64,000 nt of DNA from the NCBI GenBank assembly GCA_951406725.2, contig OX597833.1, positions 44,888,001-44,952,000 on the forward strand. Reading direction: 5' to 3'. Position 1 is the stretch's first letter; each line of letters starts with the position of its first letter. A program made the position numbers and the translations under genes. This DNA comes from Octopus vulgaris. Lineage: Eukaryota. Shown here in pieces: positions 25,775 to 39,291 of the stretch. The notes beneath the pieces were generated by a model that was not told the origin of the DNA, did no database searches, and saw nothing but the letters and a program-made list of their open reading frames with translations.

Positions 25775-26280
25775 GTTGAAAATCTACCAACATACACCAG
25801 AAAAGGTAATGGACAAAAAGGGGAAGGCAAAAATCCTCTGGGACTTTGACTTCCACACAGACAAGGTGTTAGTAACCTTTAGGAGGGTCAAAACAAGAGT
25901 GACTAATAATTGATGAGGCAGTGCCAGGAAATCAACATATTAATCATGAAAGAAAGAGAAAAGATTGCTAAATATGGAGACCTGAGAATTGAGAATGCTA
26001 AGATGTGGCAACTACGAGAGTCAAGCATAAAGGTTGTCCCTATTGTCATTGGAATATTGGGTTCAATACCACCCAACCTGGAAAAACATCTGGAAACTTT
26101 AGAAATAACCTACAATCTAGGTGTATTGCAAAAATCGGCCTTACTTGGAACTGCATGCATAATGCATAAAGTACTGTCTGTCTGAAGTCCTTGTTGTGAC
26201 TTGACAGAGAGTACAAACCCCTGGTAGACACAATATCATCAATCAACATCACGATATTAGATACTGTGTGATGTCTTAAA
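25775..26280 (+). mobile_element. 3' fragment of an R4/Dong-like non-LTR retrotransposon (restriction-like endonuclease region)
   Basis: Frameshifted translation ILWDFDFHTDK...EKIAKYGDLRIE...VVPIVIGILGSIP...LQKSALLGTA.I..KVL*; followed by a TAA-rich run. Confidence 0.8.
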
Positions 26281-26294
26281 CAATAATGATAATA

Positions 26295-26960
26295 ATCTTT
26301 TCTATTATAGGCACAAGGCCTGAAATTTGGGGAGGGGGACTAGTTGATTACATCAGCTCATGCTTCACTGGTACTTAATTTATTGACCCCGAAAGAATGA
26401 AAGGCAAAGTGAACCTCAGTGGAATTTGAACTCAGAATGTAGTGATGGGTGAAATACCACAAAGCACTTCATCCGGTGAGCTAACAATTCTGTCAGCTTT
26501 CTGCCTTAATAATAAGAATCCTTTCTACTAAAGACATAAGGCCTGAAATTTTGGGGGAGGGGACTAGTTGATTACATCAACCCCAGTGCTCGACTGGAAC
26601 TTATTTTATCGACCCGAAAAAGATGAACGACAAAGCTGACCTTGGCAGAATTTGAACTCAGAACATTAAGACAGACGAAATGCTACTAAGCATTTTGCCC
26701 AGTGTGCTAATGATCCTGTCAGCTCACTGCCTTAATAATAATAACTATAGTTTCAAATTTTGTGACAAGGGCAGCAATTTTGGGGGAGGGGATAAGCTGA
26801 TTACATCAACCCCAATGTTCAACTGGTACTTATTTTACTGACCCTGAAATGATGAAAGGTAAAGTCAACCGCAGGAGAATTTGAACTCTGAAAATAGCAA
26901 CAGGCAAAATATCACTAAGCATTTTGTCAAGCATGCTAACAATTCTGCCAGCTCGCTGCC

Positions 26961-27000
<40 letters not shown>

Positions 27001-27232
27001 TAATAACATTAATAATAATAATCCTTTCTACTATAGGCACAAGGCCTGAAATTTTGGAGGAGGGGGCCAGTCGATTAGATCGACCCCAGTATGCAACTGA
27101 TACTTAATTTATTGACCCTGAAAGGATGAAAGCTAAAGACAACCTTGGCGGAATTTGAACTCAGAAAGTAGCAGCAGACAAAATACCGCTAAGCATTTCA
27201 GCCAGCATGCTAATGATTCTGCCAGCTTGCTA
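26295..27232 (-). mobile_element. Head-to-tail array of four SINE family C copies with (TAA)n spacers
   Basis: Units at ~26295-26507, 26517-26733, 26750-26962 and 27020-27232. Confidence 0.75.
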
Positions 27233-27283
27233 CCTTCTTCTTCTTCTTCTTCTCCTTCTCCTTCTTCTTCTTCTTATTATTAT

Positions 27284-27374
<91 letters not shown>

Positions 27375-27408
27375 GTAGTAGTAGTAGTAGTAGTAGTAGT
27401 AATAGTAA
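27233..27408. repeat. Compound microsatellite (CTT)n(TAA)n(TAG)n
   Basis: Directly visible. Confidence 0.95.
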
Positions 27409-27495
27409 TGATTTCTAACATAGGTATAAAGACTTGAATTTCAGATCAAATTCAGTCCCCGACTGAAAGGGTTGAATAATAATCCTTTTACTTAC

Positions 27496-27671
27496 TGGTT
27501 GAGGGGTTGATGTTATCACTGGTTCTTTGTTGGGACTATCAGAGATGGAAGGTGTAGAGGCTGGCTTTTCAGCCATTAGGTGACTGAAAATGGAAGGTTT
27601 TTCAGGTGCAGAAGTTGTTGTTTTATCACTGGTATTCTTTGCCGTGTTGTCACTGCTCTTTACAGGATCAT
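27496..27671 (-). CDS. GPATCH1: GPATCH1 low-complexity exon (DDPVKSSDNTAK...PSIFSHLMAEKP...TPQP)
   Basis: Open frame, ATCAG acceptor, CCA|GTAAGT donor; phase 1-0 bridges the flanking exons exactly. Confidence 0.72.
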
Positions 27672-28120
27672 CTGATAATGATGAATCAGCATTGAAAGCA
27701 AAAATACAGAGGATTTAAGAAGAAAAAACAAATCCCCAAATAATGAAGTAGAAAAAAAAAACAAAGAAAAAAAGCTTCAAAGGGGACATATGATCTTGAC
27801 ATGCATGATAATGATGCTCATTTACAAACATCATATGTCTAAACAAAAGTACACACACACACACACACACACACTCATAAAAGAGGCTAAATTGGCTTTG
27901 CAGGGATCTTGTTTTTGTATACATTTGCTGCTTTCTTCCAAGGAATCTAATGCTCTTAGCTTAGTTTTTCCTTGGGGCTGGCCAGATTGGAGCAATCTCA
28001 AGTATAATCAGCCAAAATTGCAAAGATAATCTGGTACTTGACTGAGGAAAGAAAACTTCGAATGACTCATCCTTTTTTTTCTTTGTATCGTCTATCTGGA
28101 TGCTTTGTTGTCCCATTTTG

Positions 28121-28153
<33 letters not shown>

Positions 28154-28172
28154 GCGGCAAACATACGCTTTG

Positions 28173-28206
<34 letters not shown>

Positions 28207-28327
28207 TAATATTGAGGGGTCAGCAAAAGAAATGCATCACCACATACCGAAGTTCAGAAATAGCAGCCAAAATCTAAGCCATTTCTTCTACTTGATTACT
28301 TCGTAATTAATTAGTTTTACCCTTAAT

Positions 28328-28364
<37 letters not shown>

Positions 28365-28654
28365 TTAATCAGCCGAAATTGCAAAGATGATCCGGTTCTT
28401 GACTGAAGATTGAAGGCTTCGAATGTCCCGTCCGTTTTTTTTTGTGTGGGACTGAACCCGGAACCATGTGGTTGGTTAGCAAGCTACTTACCTCACAGCC
28501 ACTCCTGCACCTATTATATATATTTTTACCATAAAAATTTGTCTCATTTAGTGAAACACTAATACATATATCAAAAATATAAACAGTTAGGTACAATATA
28601 ACACCATATATATATATATGTATTTATGTATGTATGTATGTATGCATGTATGTA

Positions 28655-30450
28655 TCATCATCATCATTTAACGTCTGTTGTCCCATACTGATATAGGTTG
28701 GATGGTTTGACCAGGGCTGGTATGGCCTGAGGGGCTGCACGAGACTCCAGTCTGATTTGGAATGGTTTGTACAGCTGGATACCCTTCCTAACGCCAACTG
28801 AGAGTGTAATGGGTGCTTTTACATACCACCAGCTTCCATGCCAGTTGTGTGACACCAGTATCTGCCACTACTACAATTTCACTTAGCTTGACAGGTCTTC
28901 TCAAGCACAGCATATCACTAAAGGTCTCAGCCACTAGTCATTGACTCCATGAGGCCCAACGTTCAAAGATCATGCTTCACCACCTCATTCCATGTCTTCC
29001 TTGGTTTCCCCTTCCACTATTAGAGATTGGCACTTCTTCATATAGCTGTCCACATCCATATACATCACATGACCATACCAACACAGTCATCTCTCTTGGA
29101 TACTATATCCAATGTCTGTTATGCCCAACTTTTCTCTCAAGACATTTACACTCTGTCGTACATGCAAACTGACATTGCATATCCAGCGAAGCACACTAGC
29201 TTCATTTCTTTCAAAGCTACACATGTTCTTGGTAGTCACAGCCCGTGTTTCACTGCCATGTAGCATAGCTGTTTGCACACAGGCAACATACAATCTGCCT
29301 TTCACTCTGACGGAGCGGCCCTTAGTTACGAACAGATGTAGGAGCTCTCTGAACTTTACCCAGCCTATTCTTATTCTAGCAGCTACACTCTGAGAGCATC
29401 CACCTCCACTACTGACTTGGTCACCAAGCTAACAGAAGCTATCAACTACTTCTAATTTTTTCCCCTGGTATTTGAGGGAGTGTATTTTCCATACATTTTT
29501 AATGTTTATTGTACCTGTACACCTTCCACACACAAAAAACTAGTTTCCCTGTTAACGTTCCTCTGATATTGCTGCACTTCTTATGTGTCCATAGCTTACA
29601 CTGGATACAGTTTCTACCTACGCCTTTTCTACAGATCAAGCAGGGCTATCTACCTGAAGGAATTTGTGATTTGTCTGCTTTTCTACTTACTAAGACTTTA
29701 GTTTTTGCTAAGTTAACTCTAAGGCCCTTTAATTCTAAACCTTGCTTCCACACCCAAAATTTCTTCTCTTGTTCAAGTAGTGATTCAGCTATAAGAGCAA
29801 GGTCATCAGTATAGAGGAGCTCCCAGAGGCAGCCTGTCTTAAATTCCTCTTGTACTGCCTGGAGGACTATGATGAACAAGAGGGAGCTGAGGACTGAGAC
29901 TTGGTGAACCCCCACTTGTATCCTGAATTCATCGCTATATTCATTGCTGACAGCATCCCTGTACATGGTTTGTACAGCTCTCACCAACCACTCATCTAAC
30001 CCTAGCTTCCACATTGACCACCAGATAAGAGAGTAAGGGACTGTCCAAGGCTTTCTGCATGTCGAGAAAAGCCAAGTACTGGGGTTTATTTTTGGCTAGA
30101 TAATCCTCCTGCAGTTACCTAACCAGGAATATAGCATCAGTTGTGCTCCTACCTGGCATAAACCCAAACTGCATCTCATTTATACTAACTCTCTCCCTAA
30201 TTAATTGAGCTATGACCCTTTCTGTGACTTTCATCATCTAGTCCAGTAATCTGATGCCTCTGTAATTATTTCTGTCTAAGGCATCACCTTTACCTTTATA
30301 GCAGTTGACTATGGTGCTGCTACACCAACCATTGGGTATGACTCCCTCATGAACAATCTTATTAATTATATGGGTGATTAGGCAATATCCTACACTACCA
30401 GATATTTTAAGCATTTCCGTGGTGATTCTTGATGGGCTGGGGGTCTTCTC
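28655..30450 (-). mobile_element. Decayed RTE-clade LINE: RT domain through 3'UTR and (GAT)n tail
   Basis: YKGKGD..DRNNYRGIRLL, QFGFMPGRSTTDAIF, VGVHQ..VLS.LLF, LLYTDDL, MLHGSET and GKPRKTW motifs with stops and frameshifts. Confidence 0.9.
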
Positions 30451-32659
30451 TGTATTCATCATCATCATCGTTTAACGTCCGCTTTCCATGCTAGCATGGG
30501 TTAGACGGTTCAACTGGGGTCTGGGAAGCCAGAAGGCTGCACCAGGCCCAGTCTGATCTGGCAGTGTTTCTACGGCTGGATGCCCTTCATAACGCCAACC
30601 ACTCCATGAGTGTAGTGGGTGCTTTTTATGTGCCACCGGCACAGGTATCCTTAATTACTTTATCTACCAAGCTACTGTCAATTCAGATAGCAAGTCCCTC
30701 AGTTGGCCTGGGGCTATAGTAGAAGATACTTGCCCCAACACATAACCATGTGTGTACCTTGTATTAACAGCAATAAGAAGCAGCAAAATTTTAATCATTC
30801 TGCATTATTATATTGTTACTACAAGATTCAGTTTTCTGAATCTTATAGAAACATCATTGATAAAATTCCCAAACAATACCAACAGAGCACAATATCATCT
30901 CAATACAATAACAGATGATTGGGTTGGTAAGATGTTAAGCTACAGGCTAAAGGATTAAATGTTCATCATCATTTAATGTCAGTTGTCCATGCTGGCATGG
31001 GTTGGATGGTTTGACCGGTGCTGGCAAGCTGGATGCCCTTCTTAATGCCAACCACTTTACAGGGTGTGCTGGGTGTTTTCATGTGGCACCACACAAGCAC
31101 TTTTAGGTGGCACCAGCATGAGTGCTTTTTATGTGGCACTGACACAGGACTCTTACAGGCCAATCTGCTTCAGCAGGGGGACTGCCCTTAACATCACGAG
31201 GGGGAATGAATACCAGAACTGTACAGTATCCATGGGTATGACACTTAACTCTCTTTGCCAGAGTCAACCAAACCATGAATTAGGGACTACAGAGACAACT
31301 GACTGTTAAAATAAGAATATAGCCGTAGGAGTGGCTGTGTGGTAAGTAGCTTGCTTATGAACCACATGGTTCCAGGTTCAGACACTTACCCAAGGTGCGT
31401 GGCACCTTGGGTCTTCTACTATAGCCTCGGGCCGACCAAAGCCTTGTGAGTGGATTTGGTAGACGGAAACTGAAAGAAGCCTGTTGTATATATGTATGTG
31501 TATATATATGTGTGTGTAGGTGTTTGTGTGTCTGTGTTTGTTCCCCAACATCGCTTGACAACCGATGCTGGTGTGTTTACGTCCCCGTAACTTAGCGGTT
31601 CGGCAAAAAAAAAGAGACCGATAAAATAAGTACTAGGCTTACAAAGAATAAGTCCTGGGGTTGATTTGATCGACTAAAGGCGGTGCTCCAGCATGGCCAT
31701 AGTCACATGATTGAAACAAGTAAAAGAGTAACTATTTCCTGCACCTTAGCCATGATAGAAGAACTTTGTTTCAACCAATTTAATCATTATATTGGGTTGT
31801 CATTAATTTTTTTCCATCCCCACCACCTCCTGCTCCATTTGTTTTATTCTTTCCCAATGTTATTTGAATAAACATGAAAAATATTTTTCTCTGTGGAAGG
31901 GAGAGACCCAGGAAGACGTGAGATGTGATGGTGACATATGATCTTCAGATGTTGAGTCTCACGGAGGTGATGACAAGTGACTGAGACTCTTACTTGTTTC
32001 AGTCATTTGACTGTGGCCAAGCTGGAGCACCGCCTTTAGTCGAGCATATCGACCCCAGGACTTATCCTTTGTAAGCCTAGTACTTATTCTATCGGTCTCT
32101 TTTGCCGAACCGCTAAGTTACGGGGACGTAAACACACCAGCATCAGTTGTCAAGCAATGTTGGGGGGACAAACACATACACACAAACATATACATACACA
32201 CATACATACAACTGGTTTCTTTCAGTTTCTGTCTACCAAATCCACTCACAAGGCTTTGGTCGGCCTGAGGCTAAATTAGAAGACACTTGCCCAAGGTGCC
32301 ACACAGTGGGACTGAACCCGGAACCATATGGTTCGTAAGCAAGCTACTTACCACACAGCCACTCCTACGCCTTTACCGTGCTTAAGAAGACATGTCAAAC
32401 TAAGTGAAATCATAGTCATGGCTGGTGCTGGTGGCACATAAAAGGCACCTGTACCAGTGACATGTGAAAGGCACCCATGCTGGTGATACATTAAAGGCAC
32501 CCAGTATACTTTTTGAAGTGGTTGGCATTAGGAAGGGCATCCAGCTGTAGAAATAAGCCAGAACAGACTGGTACCTGGTGCAGCTCTCCGGCTTACTACT
32601 TCCAATCAAACTGCCTAACCCATATCAGCATAGAAAATGGATGTTAAATGATGATGATG

Positions 32660-32676
32660 TAGTAGTTAGTAAGTAA

Positions 32677-32769
<93 letters not shown>

Positions 32770-32785
32770 CAGCAGTAGTAGTAGT

Positions 32786-32845
<60 letters not shown>
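32660..32845. repeat. (TAG)n/(CAG)n microsatellite
   Basis: Directly visible. Confidence 0.95.
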
Positions 32846-33046
32846 TTCATTACTTTTTTTCTAGCTGTATTCTTCCTCTACAACTTTTGTTTATCATTTT
32901 TGAAACTTAAACAAATTCTACCTCTTTCCAGGTGCATGATGACAGAGTACTAACATCATACTAAACTCAGCACTGCAAGCAAAAATGACAACAAAAAATC
33001 ATACCCAAGTTGGACTTAATACAAATAAAAGACCACACCACAGTAC

Positions 33047-33150
33047 CTTGTTGACATCTGTTTTTCTCTTCTGTTACCGGCGGTGGTGCAAGAAAATCAA
33101 AAATGGAATATTTGTCATGTTTTGCTTTTGGTACACCAATAATACCAGAC
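33047..33150 (-). CDS. GPATCH1: GPATCH1 exon (SGIIGVPKAKHDKYSIFDFLAPPP...)
   Basis: Matches human VGLPRVKRDKYSVFNFL; TTTTAG / G|GTACTG, phase 2-1. Confidence 0.9.
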
Positions 33151-35933
33151 CTAAAATATACAAACAATACGATTTTAGGAACAAAAATTTTAAGCTTAGT
33201 TTCCTTCTCTTGCTCTTCCCTCTGGCTAGGTAACTAAGTCTCTCCTTTGCAGCAGCACACCTGTTTCTGCTTTTTTTCTTGTTATGTCTCTCTTTCTCTC
33301 TCTCTCTCTCTCTTTCGGCCAGGTAACCATGTACCTTCTCTATAGCAAGACACCTGTTTCTACCTCTCTGTCTCTTTGTCACACTCTGATCTTCCCTCAT
33401 CTGACACAAGATCACCTCCAATGCTCCCTCTCCTCTCAAAATACCTTGTCTTGCAAGTTATTTGGTGTCTCTGCCAATGCTGGTGCCATGTAAAAAACAT
33501 CCAGTCCACACTGTGAAGTGGTTGGTGTTTGGAAAGACATCCAGCTGTAAAACCCATGCCAAAACTGACTTTGTCCGTGGTGGTGTGACATAAAATGCAC
33601 TCAGTTCACTCTACAGAGTGGTTGGTGTTAAAAAGGGCATCCAGTTGTAAAAAACCATGCTAAAACAGACACAGTAGCCTAGTGTATCTTCTACCTGGCC
33701 AGCTCCTGTCAAACCATCCAACCCATGCCAGCATGGAAGACAGGACATTAAATGATGATGATGATGATGATGATATGGGTTGCTGACAGAAACGTTAGCA
33801 CGCCGGGCGAAATGCGTAGCCGTATTTCGTCTGCCGTTACGTTCTGAGTTCAAATTCCGCCGAGGTCGACTTTGCCTTTCATCCTTTCGGGGTCGATAAA
33901 TTAAGTACCAATTACGCACTGGGGTCGACGAAATCGACTTAATCCGTTTGTCTGTCCTTGTTTGTCCCCTCTATGTTTAGCCCCTTGTGGGTAATAAAGA
34001 AACAGATATGGGTAAGAAATTTCTTCAACAATTACTGTGCAACACCATGTATAAGTGTTTTATATCATGGCTTCAAGTTAGCCCAATCTTTATGAGTGAA
34101 ACTGTGAAAGCCTGTTAGATGGACAATACCTAGTCTTGAGTCATCATCATCATCACCATCTTTTAACATCTGTTTTCCATACTGACATAGGTTGGACAGT
34201 TTGACGGGATGGGTGACAGGACTGTGTCGAGCTCCAACGTCAGCTCTGGTGTGATTTCTACAGCATGACGCCCTTCTACCTCCCAGTCTGTCACTGGCTC
34301 TTGGCACCCAGGTAGCTTTAGCAGAGTTCAGTTTGTAGCAAGCGTTCATTTAGTGTGGGGTCCTGGTCAAAGAATAATCTATGAGCTGTAGGTTCTTTCC
34401 CTCCGTTCCTCCTCCAATCTCAAAGACCCTATAAGAAACAATTCAAATTTTTTGCTTAAATCCTAGTAATGGACCGCCCTTCTATTTTTGAAGAAATCAG
34501 AAACAAGAATTCTTTACAAGGCTATAGGTACAGTTATGGTTGAGTGGTTAAGAAGCTTGCTTTCCAGCCACTTGGTTCTGGGGTCAATCCCATTGCTTGG
34601 CACATTGGGCAAGTGTTTTCAACTATAGCGCTGAGCTGACAACCGGAGCCTTGTGAATGGGTTTAGTAGATGCAAACTGAAAGAAGCTTAGAGCAAGTGA
34701 GCGAGTGAGTGAGCATGTGTGTGTGTGTCTCTCTCTCTTTTTCTCTCTATCCTTGTCATGACAGCATGGGTTGGATGTGACAGTTGTAAACAAGAGTCAC
34801 TGTCATCCAAATGGTGTCCTTTGCTTCCAAACTTCTGTGTAAGCATGTCCAGCCATGCGAGAAAATTGTTTAACTTGAAAACATAAATCCTAAAAAATTT
34901 CACTCTTCAAATTTTTTCTTCTTTTTAAATTAGAGTTTAAAATATGGAGCGTCCAAATTTTTTGCTTAAATCCCAGCAATGGATCACACTTAGGCGCATC
35001 ATCATACCATTAATCGTGTTTATGAGGAGAAAAATATTGAAAAACATCAATACATGTGAGAGTGAAATGAAACAAGAAAGGTATCAGATGACCATGAGTT
35101 GTGCTAAAAATGACAATTAAATTGCCCTTAGATCATACACACAAAATCATGTGAACACAAATTCACAAAATTTACCAAAAATTCCAAAACATACAAAAAA
35201 GTTATGAGGGTTTATATGGGGTGCTTAACCCTTTGAGCCCTGACATCCTGAACCTTATTTTACCATATACCTGGCACTCGACCGGTGCTATAGTAGAGAG
35301 TGATGCTATGGTATAGAGAAAAATAAGCCATCCACTGGTAAACTAGTGTTACAGGCTCAAAGAGGTAAGCCACAATTCTGCCGAATAAATGTATAATGAA
35401 GATAGTGGCAACAACAGAGTAATACCATCATAATTTATGACGATGATGATGATGAAAGCACAAAGCATCATAATAAATAGAGGATCTTTACAGCAAGAAA
35501 GTGTACTGTGAGATAGCAGTGCTGTCCCTGCATTTAACACTGAAATACTAGTTACAAGTCAATAGCCTCACTGACCCAAAACATTGTGTCAAGGAGGACA
35601 GAAGAACAGCAATTCAGGCTGAGTCTACTTTACCTGCATCACTATGAAAACAATGAGAATTTGTGGCTATACAGAAATACACTGGACACTGGGGACAGTG
35701 CAGTATGTCCACATTGTCACAGTCCACTCCATATGACTCAATGCATATTGGAGAGCGCAGTGTAGTCTTAAGCTAAATAGGGGCTAGGTATAACTGGAAA
35801 AAAAAATAAGAGTTGTGGGTCACACTTAATTCATTCAACCAACTAACTCTATGCTACAGGTCTGCTTGATCAGAACTGTCTTGGAGCCATACAACAACAA
35901 GTTATAAATTGAGAACAAAGGTAGGTCACATAC

Positions 35934-36061
35934 CCTGGGTGGGGGTCAGGAACATTGAACCGTCGACACAACAACTTGTCAGGGTGCCAATCAAATATTT
36001 CCCGTGTTAATTTTCCATATAGTTTCATTTCTACTGCATTTGACAAATCTTTCTTTTTGGC
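35934..36061 (-). CDS. GPATCH1: GPATCH1 exon (AVEMKLYGKLTREIFDWHPDKLLCRRFNVPDPHP)
   Basis: Highly conserved GKLTR..F.WHPDKLLC.RFNVPDP motif; TTGCAG / GG|GTATGT. Confidence 0.95.
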
Positions 36062-36765
36062 CTGCAATAATTAAAACCAGAAAAACATGGTTGAGCTGTC
36101 AAGGCATAAGCACAATATAAACACAGTTTTACATAAACTTTACATAAACTCATATGAGCACAGTGTCAACAAGGGACCACCAAATTTTACTCAACCTGCA
36201 AGAAGTAGCAGCTATATCCCGCTCAAATCATAATCTGCCATATTAAATAATGAAAGACACAGGTAATGAAGCCTTGGGTTCTGTCAGCCTGGGAAAAAGA
36301 TGTGATGGTCATGGCTAACTTGGAGCAAAACAACACCACTTACAAGGTGCTAGAAATAGCAACTAAATCCTCTTCAAATCAAACTCTACTGTCTTAAAAA
36401 AAAAGTAGAACAAATTAAACAATGTCACATGCTTATCGAATCATCATCATCATCGTTTCAAGTCCGCTTTCCATGCTAGCATGGGTTGGATGATTTGACT
36501 GAGGTCTGGTGAACCAGATGGCTGCACCAGACTCCAATCTGATCTGGCAGAGTTTCTACAGCTGGATGCCCTTCCTAATGCCAACCACTCTGATAGTGTA
36601 GTGGGTGCTTTTACGTGCCACCGGCACGAAGGCCAGTCAGGCGTTAATGGGAACGGCCATGCTCAAATGGTGCTTTTAACGTGCCATTGGCACGGAGGCC
36701 AGCTTGTTGCTCTGGCCACGATCTCACTCGTATGGTACTCTTAGCGCTCCACTAGCCAGTCATCA

Positions 36766-36796
<31 letters not shown>

Positions 36797-37778
36797 TGTG
36801 AAGATACATGGCTTAGTGGTTAGGGTGATGCACTCACAATTACAAGATCGGAGGTTGAATCCCTAGACCTGGCATTGCATTGTGTTCTTGAGCAAAGCAC
36901 TTCATTTCATGTTGCTCTGCGATCATTTCATCATCTGACAGATGGTACATGGTACACCTGTACATGTAATGTCGATCTGATGGAGGGAATGAGCTTATAT
37001 GTACACAAACATTTGATCACTATAAACAAATCATCTGTGTGGTTGTTCGGCAAGTAATTGCCAAGCCCTCATACATTGTCTAACAACAGGAGAGTCCATG
37101 ATATATATACTCTTTTACTCTTTTACTTGTTTCAGTCATTTGACTGCAGCCATGCTGGAGCACCGCCTTTAATCGAGCAACTCGACCCCGGGACTTATTC
37201 TTTTGTAAGCCCAGTACTTATTCTATCGGTCTATTTTGCCGAACCGCTAAGTAACAGGGACATAAACACACCAGCATCGGTTGTCAAGCAATGCGAGGGG
37301 GGGGACAAACACAGACACACAAACACACATGCATAGATATGAATATACATATATACGACGGGCTTCTTTTCAGTTTCCGTCTACCAAATCCACTCACAAG
37401 GCTTTGGTCGGCCTGAGGCTATAGTAGAAGACACTTGCCCAAGGTGCCACGCAGTGGGACTGAACCCAGAACCATGTGGTTGGTAAACAAGCTACTTTAT
37501 TTCAATAATTTGCCACTAGGGCATCACACAGAGGTAGCGGTAGCTCCGGGCTGGACAAAGACATTAATGGATGATGGTGGTGGTGGATGAAGATGGTGAT
37601 GGGAGAAGTCAGAAAGCGCCCGTCGACTTTTGCTTCTCTAAAACAATGTTCTTTTTTTCAATGATTTACACAGTTTCAAAAATTACAATAAATTTCAAAA
37701 AATTTCACAAAAAGTTTTAATTTACAATTAAAAAGTCTCTTCAGAGGCAATAAACCTCTGTCACAATGTAATACGATT

Positions 37779-38972
37779 TTACGTCACCCGACCGACGAAC
37801 TCTCTTGCCTTAATGACACAATCGTCCGTCGTCAGGTTTCCGCATATAGGTATGACTTGCAAGAGATCCTCCGGGAAAGAATTCTCGATCCTGCACATAT
37901 CATTTTCGAGTAGGACCTCCGCAGTCAGCTGCGAAGGCCACTCGGGATACTCCATGCAGGACTGAAGTCCCTCCCATTCGTTTCTCTTCCTCATCTTCCC
38001 TATTTCGTTTTCTACTGTGCCTCCTTTATGGAAGAGGACTACATAGAATTTCTCCGGCATCACAAACGCCGGAGAACACATGGGAGACGCCATCTGCGTG
38101 TTACTATCCGCTGGTGGCGTCCCGTTCTTCTTTTTCTGTTTCTTTTTACGCCGGGCCTCGGGAGGTTGAGGTTCCAGTGCTGTACGCACCGGGTCCTCTT
38201 TTTCTTCCGAAGCCTCCGGTTTCTTTGGTGGGTCGTCATTGCTCCCCACCTTTCTCTTTCTTTTGGAGGAGGATTTTTCCCCCTCCTCACTTTGTTTCTC
38301 TCCCTCCACTGGTGGGGCAGGGAGAGGCTCTGATATCAGCCGCTCCAGGATCCTACTCTGGTTCCTGGGGCAGCTCTTCTTGATGTGGCCGGTCTCCGAA
38401 CACAGGTGACACCTGGGGGCGCGTCCCTCAAGCATCACCGGATACTTTGACCCGGCCATCTTCAAGAAGTCTGGCAAAACCAGACTCTTGGCCGACTGGG
38501 TCCACAGAGTCAAAGTGGCCTTTGACCCTTCCCAGTTAGCCGCAGGCTGCATTTTCACATTCAGGATCTTGGCGCTACCACCGCTCAGACCCCGGCGGAT
38601 GGAATCTTCCACCCACTCGGGTTCAAAGCCGGGCGGCAGGCCACAGACCCATAAACGTAACAATTTTTCCCCCTTGTAACTGGGGAGAAACAGAATCTCA
38701 TCGCCCTCAATGGGCTGGCTTGCAAATTTGCAAGCTGCTTTAGCGGAGTCAAATAGCAACCATACCGTTGCGTATTTGACTCCCCATTGAATATGTTTAA
38801 CGGCTGGCATATAGTCTGCCAGCTCGTTCACAATGGTGTCTCTCGGAAAAACCATTATGGTGTCAAGTGACTTTGAATATGTCTTCAGCACCACGGTCTT
38901 TTCCTCGAGTTCGTGCAAATATTTTTTGGGAGGTGTTAATTCCCACACAGTGAAATTCTTTGCCTTTGCCAT
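37779..38972 (-). CDS. Gag-like ORF1p, 397 aa, CCHC zinc knuckle with probable RRM-like N-terminal region
   Basis: Intact intronless GC-richer ORF; C-x2-C-x4-H-x4-C (CHLCSETGHIKKSC) followed by a basic/acidic disordered region, the layout of L1/Tx1-type ORF1p. Confidence 0.8.
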   Translation of the reverse strand: MAKAKNFTVWELTPPKKYLHELEEKTVVLKTYSKSLDTIMVFPRDTIVNELADYMPAVKHIQWGVKYATVWLLFDSAKAACKFASQPIEGDEILFLPSYKGEKLLRLWVCGLPPGFEPEWVEDSIRRGLSGGSAKILNVKMQPAANWEGSKATLTLWTQSAKSLVLPDFLKMAGSKYPVMLEGRAPRCHLCSETGHIKKSCPRNQSRILERLISEPLPAPPVEGEKQSEEGEKSSSKRKRKVGSNDDPPKKPEASEEKEDPVRTALEPQPPEARRKKKQKKKNGTPPADSNTQMASPMCSPAFVMPEKFYVVLFHKGGTVENEIGKMRKRNEWEGLQSCMEYPEWPSQLTAEVLLENDMCRIENSFPEDLLQVIPICGNLTTDDCVIKAREFVGRVT

Positions 38973-39291
38973 AACGTAAAATACAACAGTTCAAAATGAT
39001 AAACTAAAATTAGCCACAGAAAGGAGAATGAAAAAATGCAACAGAAGGGAAGAAATAAAATTAAAAATGGCAGTTCAAAAAAGTTTTTACAAATAAATAA
39101 TAGACAGAGAAAGAGAGTTCAATTCAGACAAAGGAATTCAGTTCTTTTTTTTTTCCACTTCTTCGGCCAAAAATTGTAATCCAGGCCAAATGCACTTGGT
39201 AAAACCCTTGGTAAATAATCCTTGGTAATCCGTGGACAACATAACGACAATTTCAACAATAATTTTTTCAGACGGACTATGCCGCTTCAAA

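Noticed and set aside
26295-27232. Regularly spaced repeats resembling a CRISPR array
   Set aside because: Units are ~215-bp diverged SINE copies in eukaryotic DNA; no unique spacers or cas genes.
38028-38679. Plus-strand ORFs overlapping ORF1
   Set aside because: Antisense shadows of a GC-richer coding region, with no motifs.
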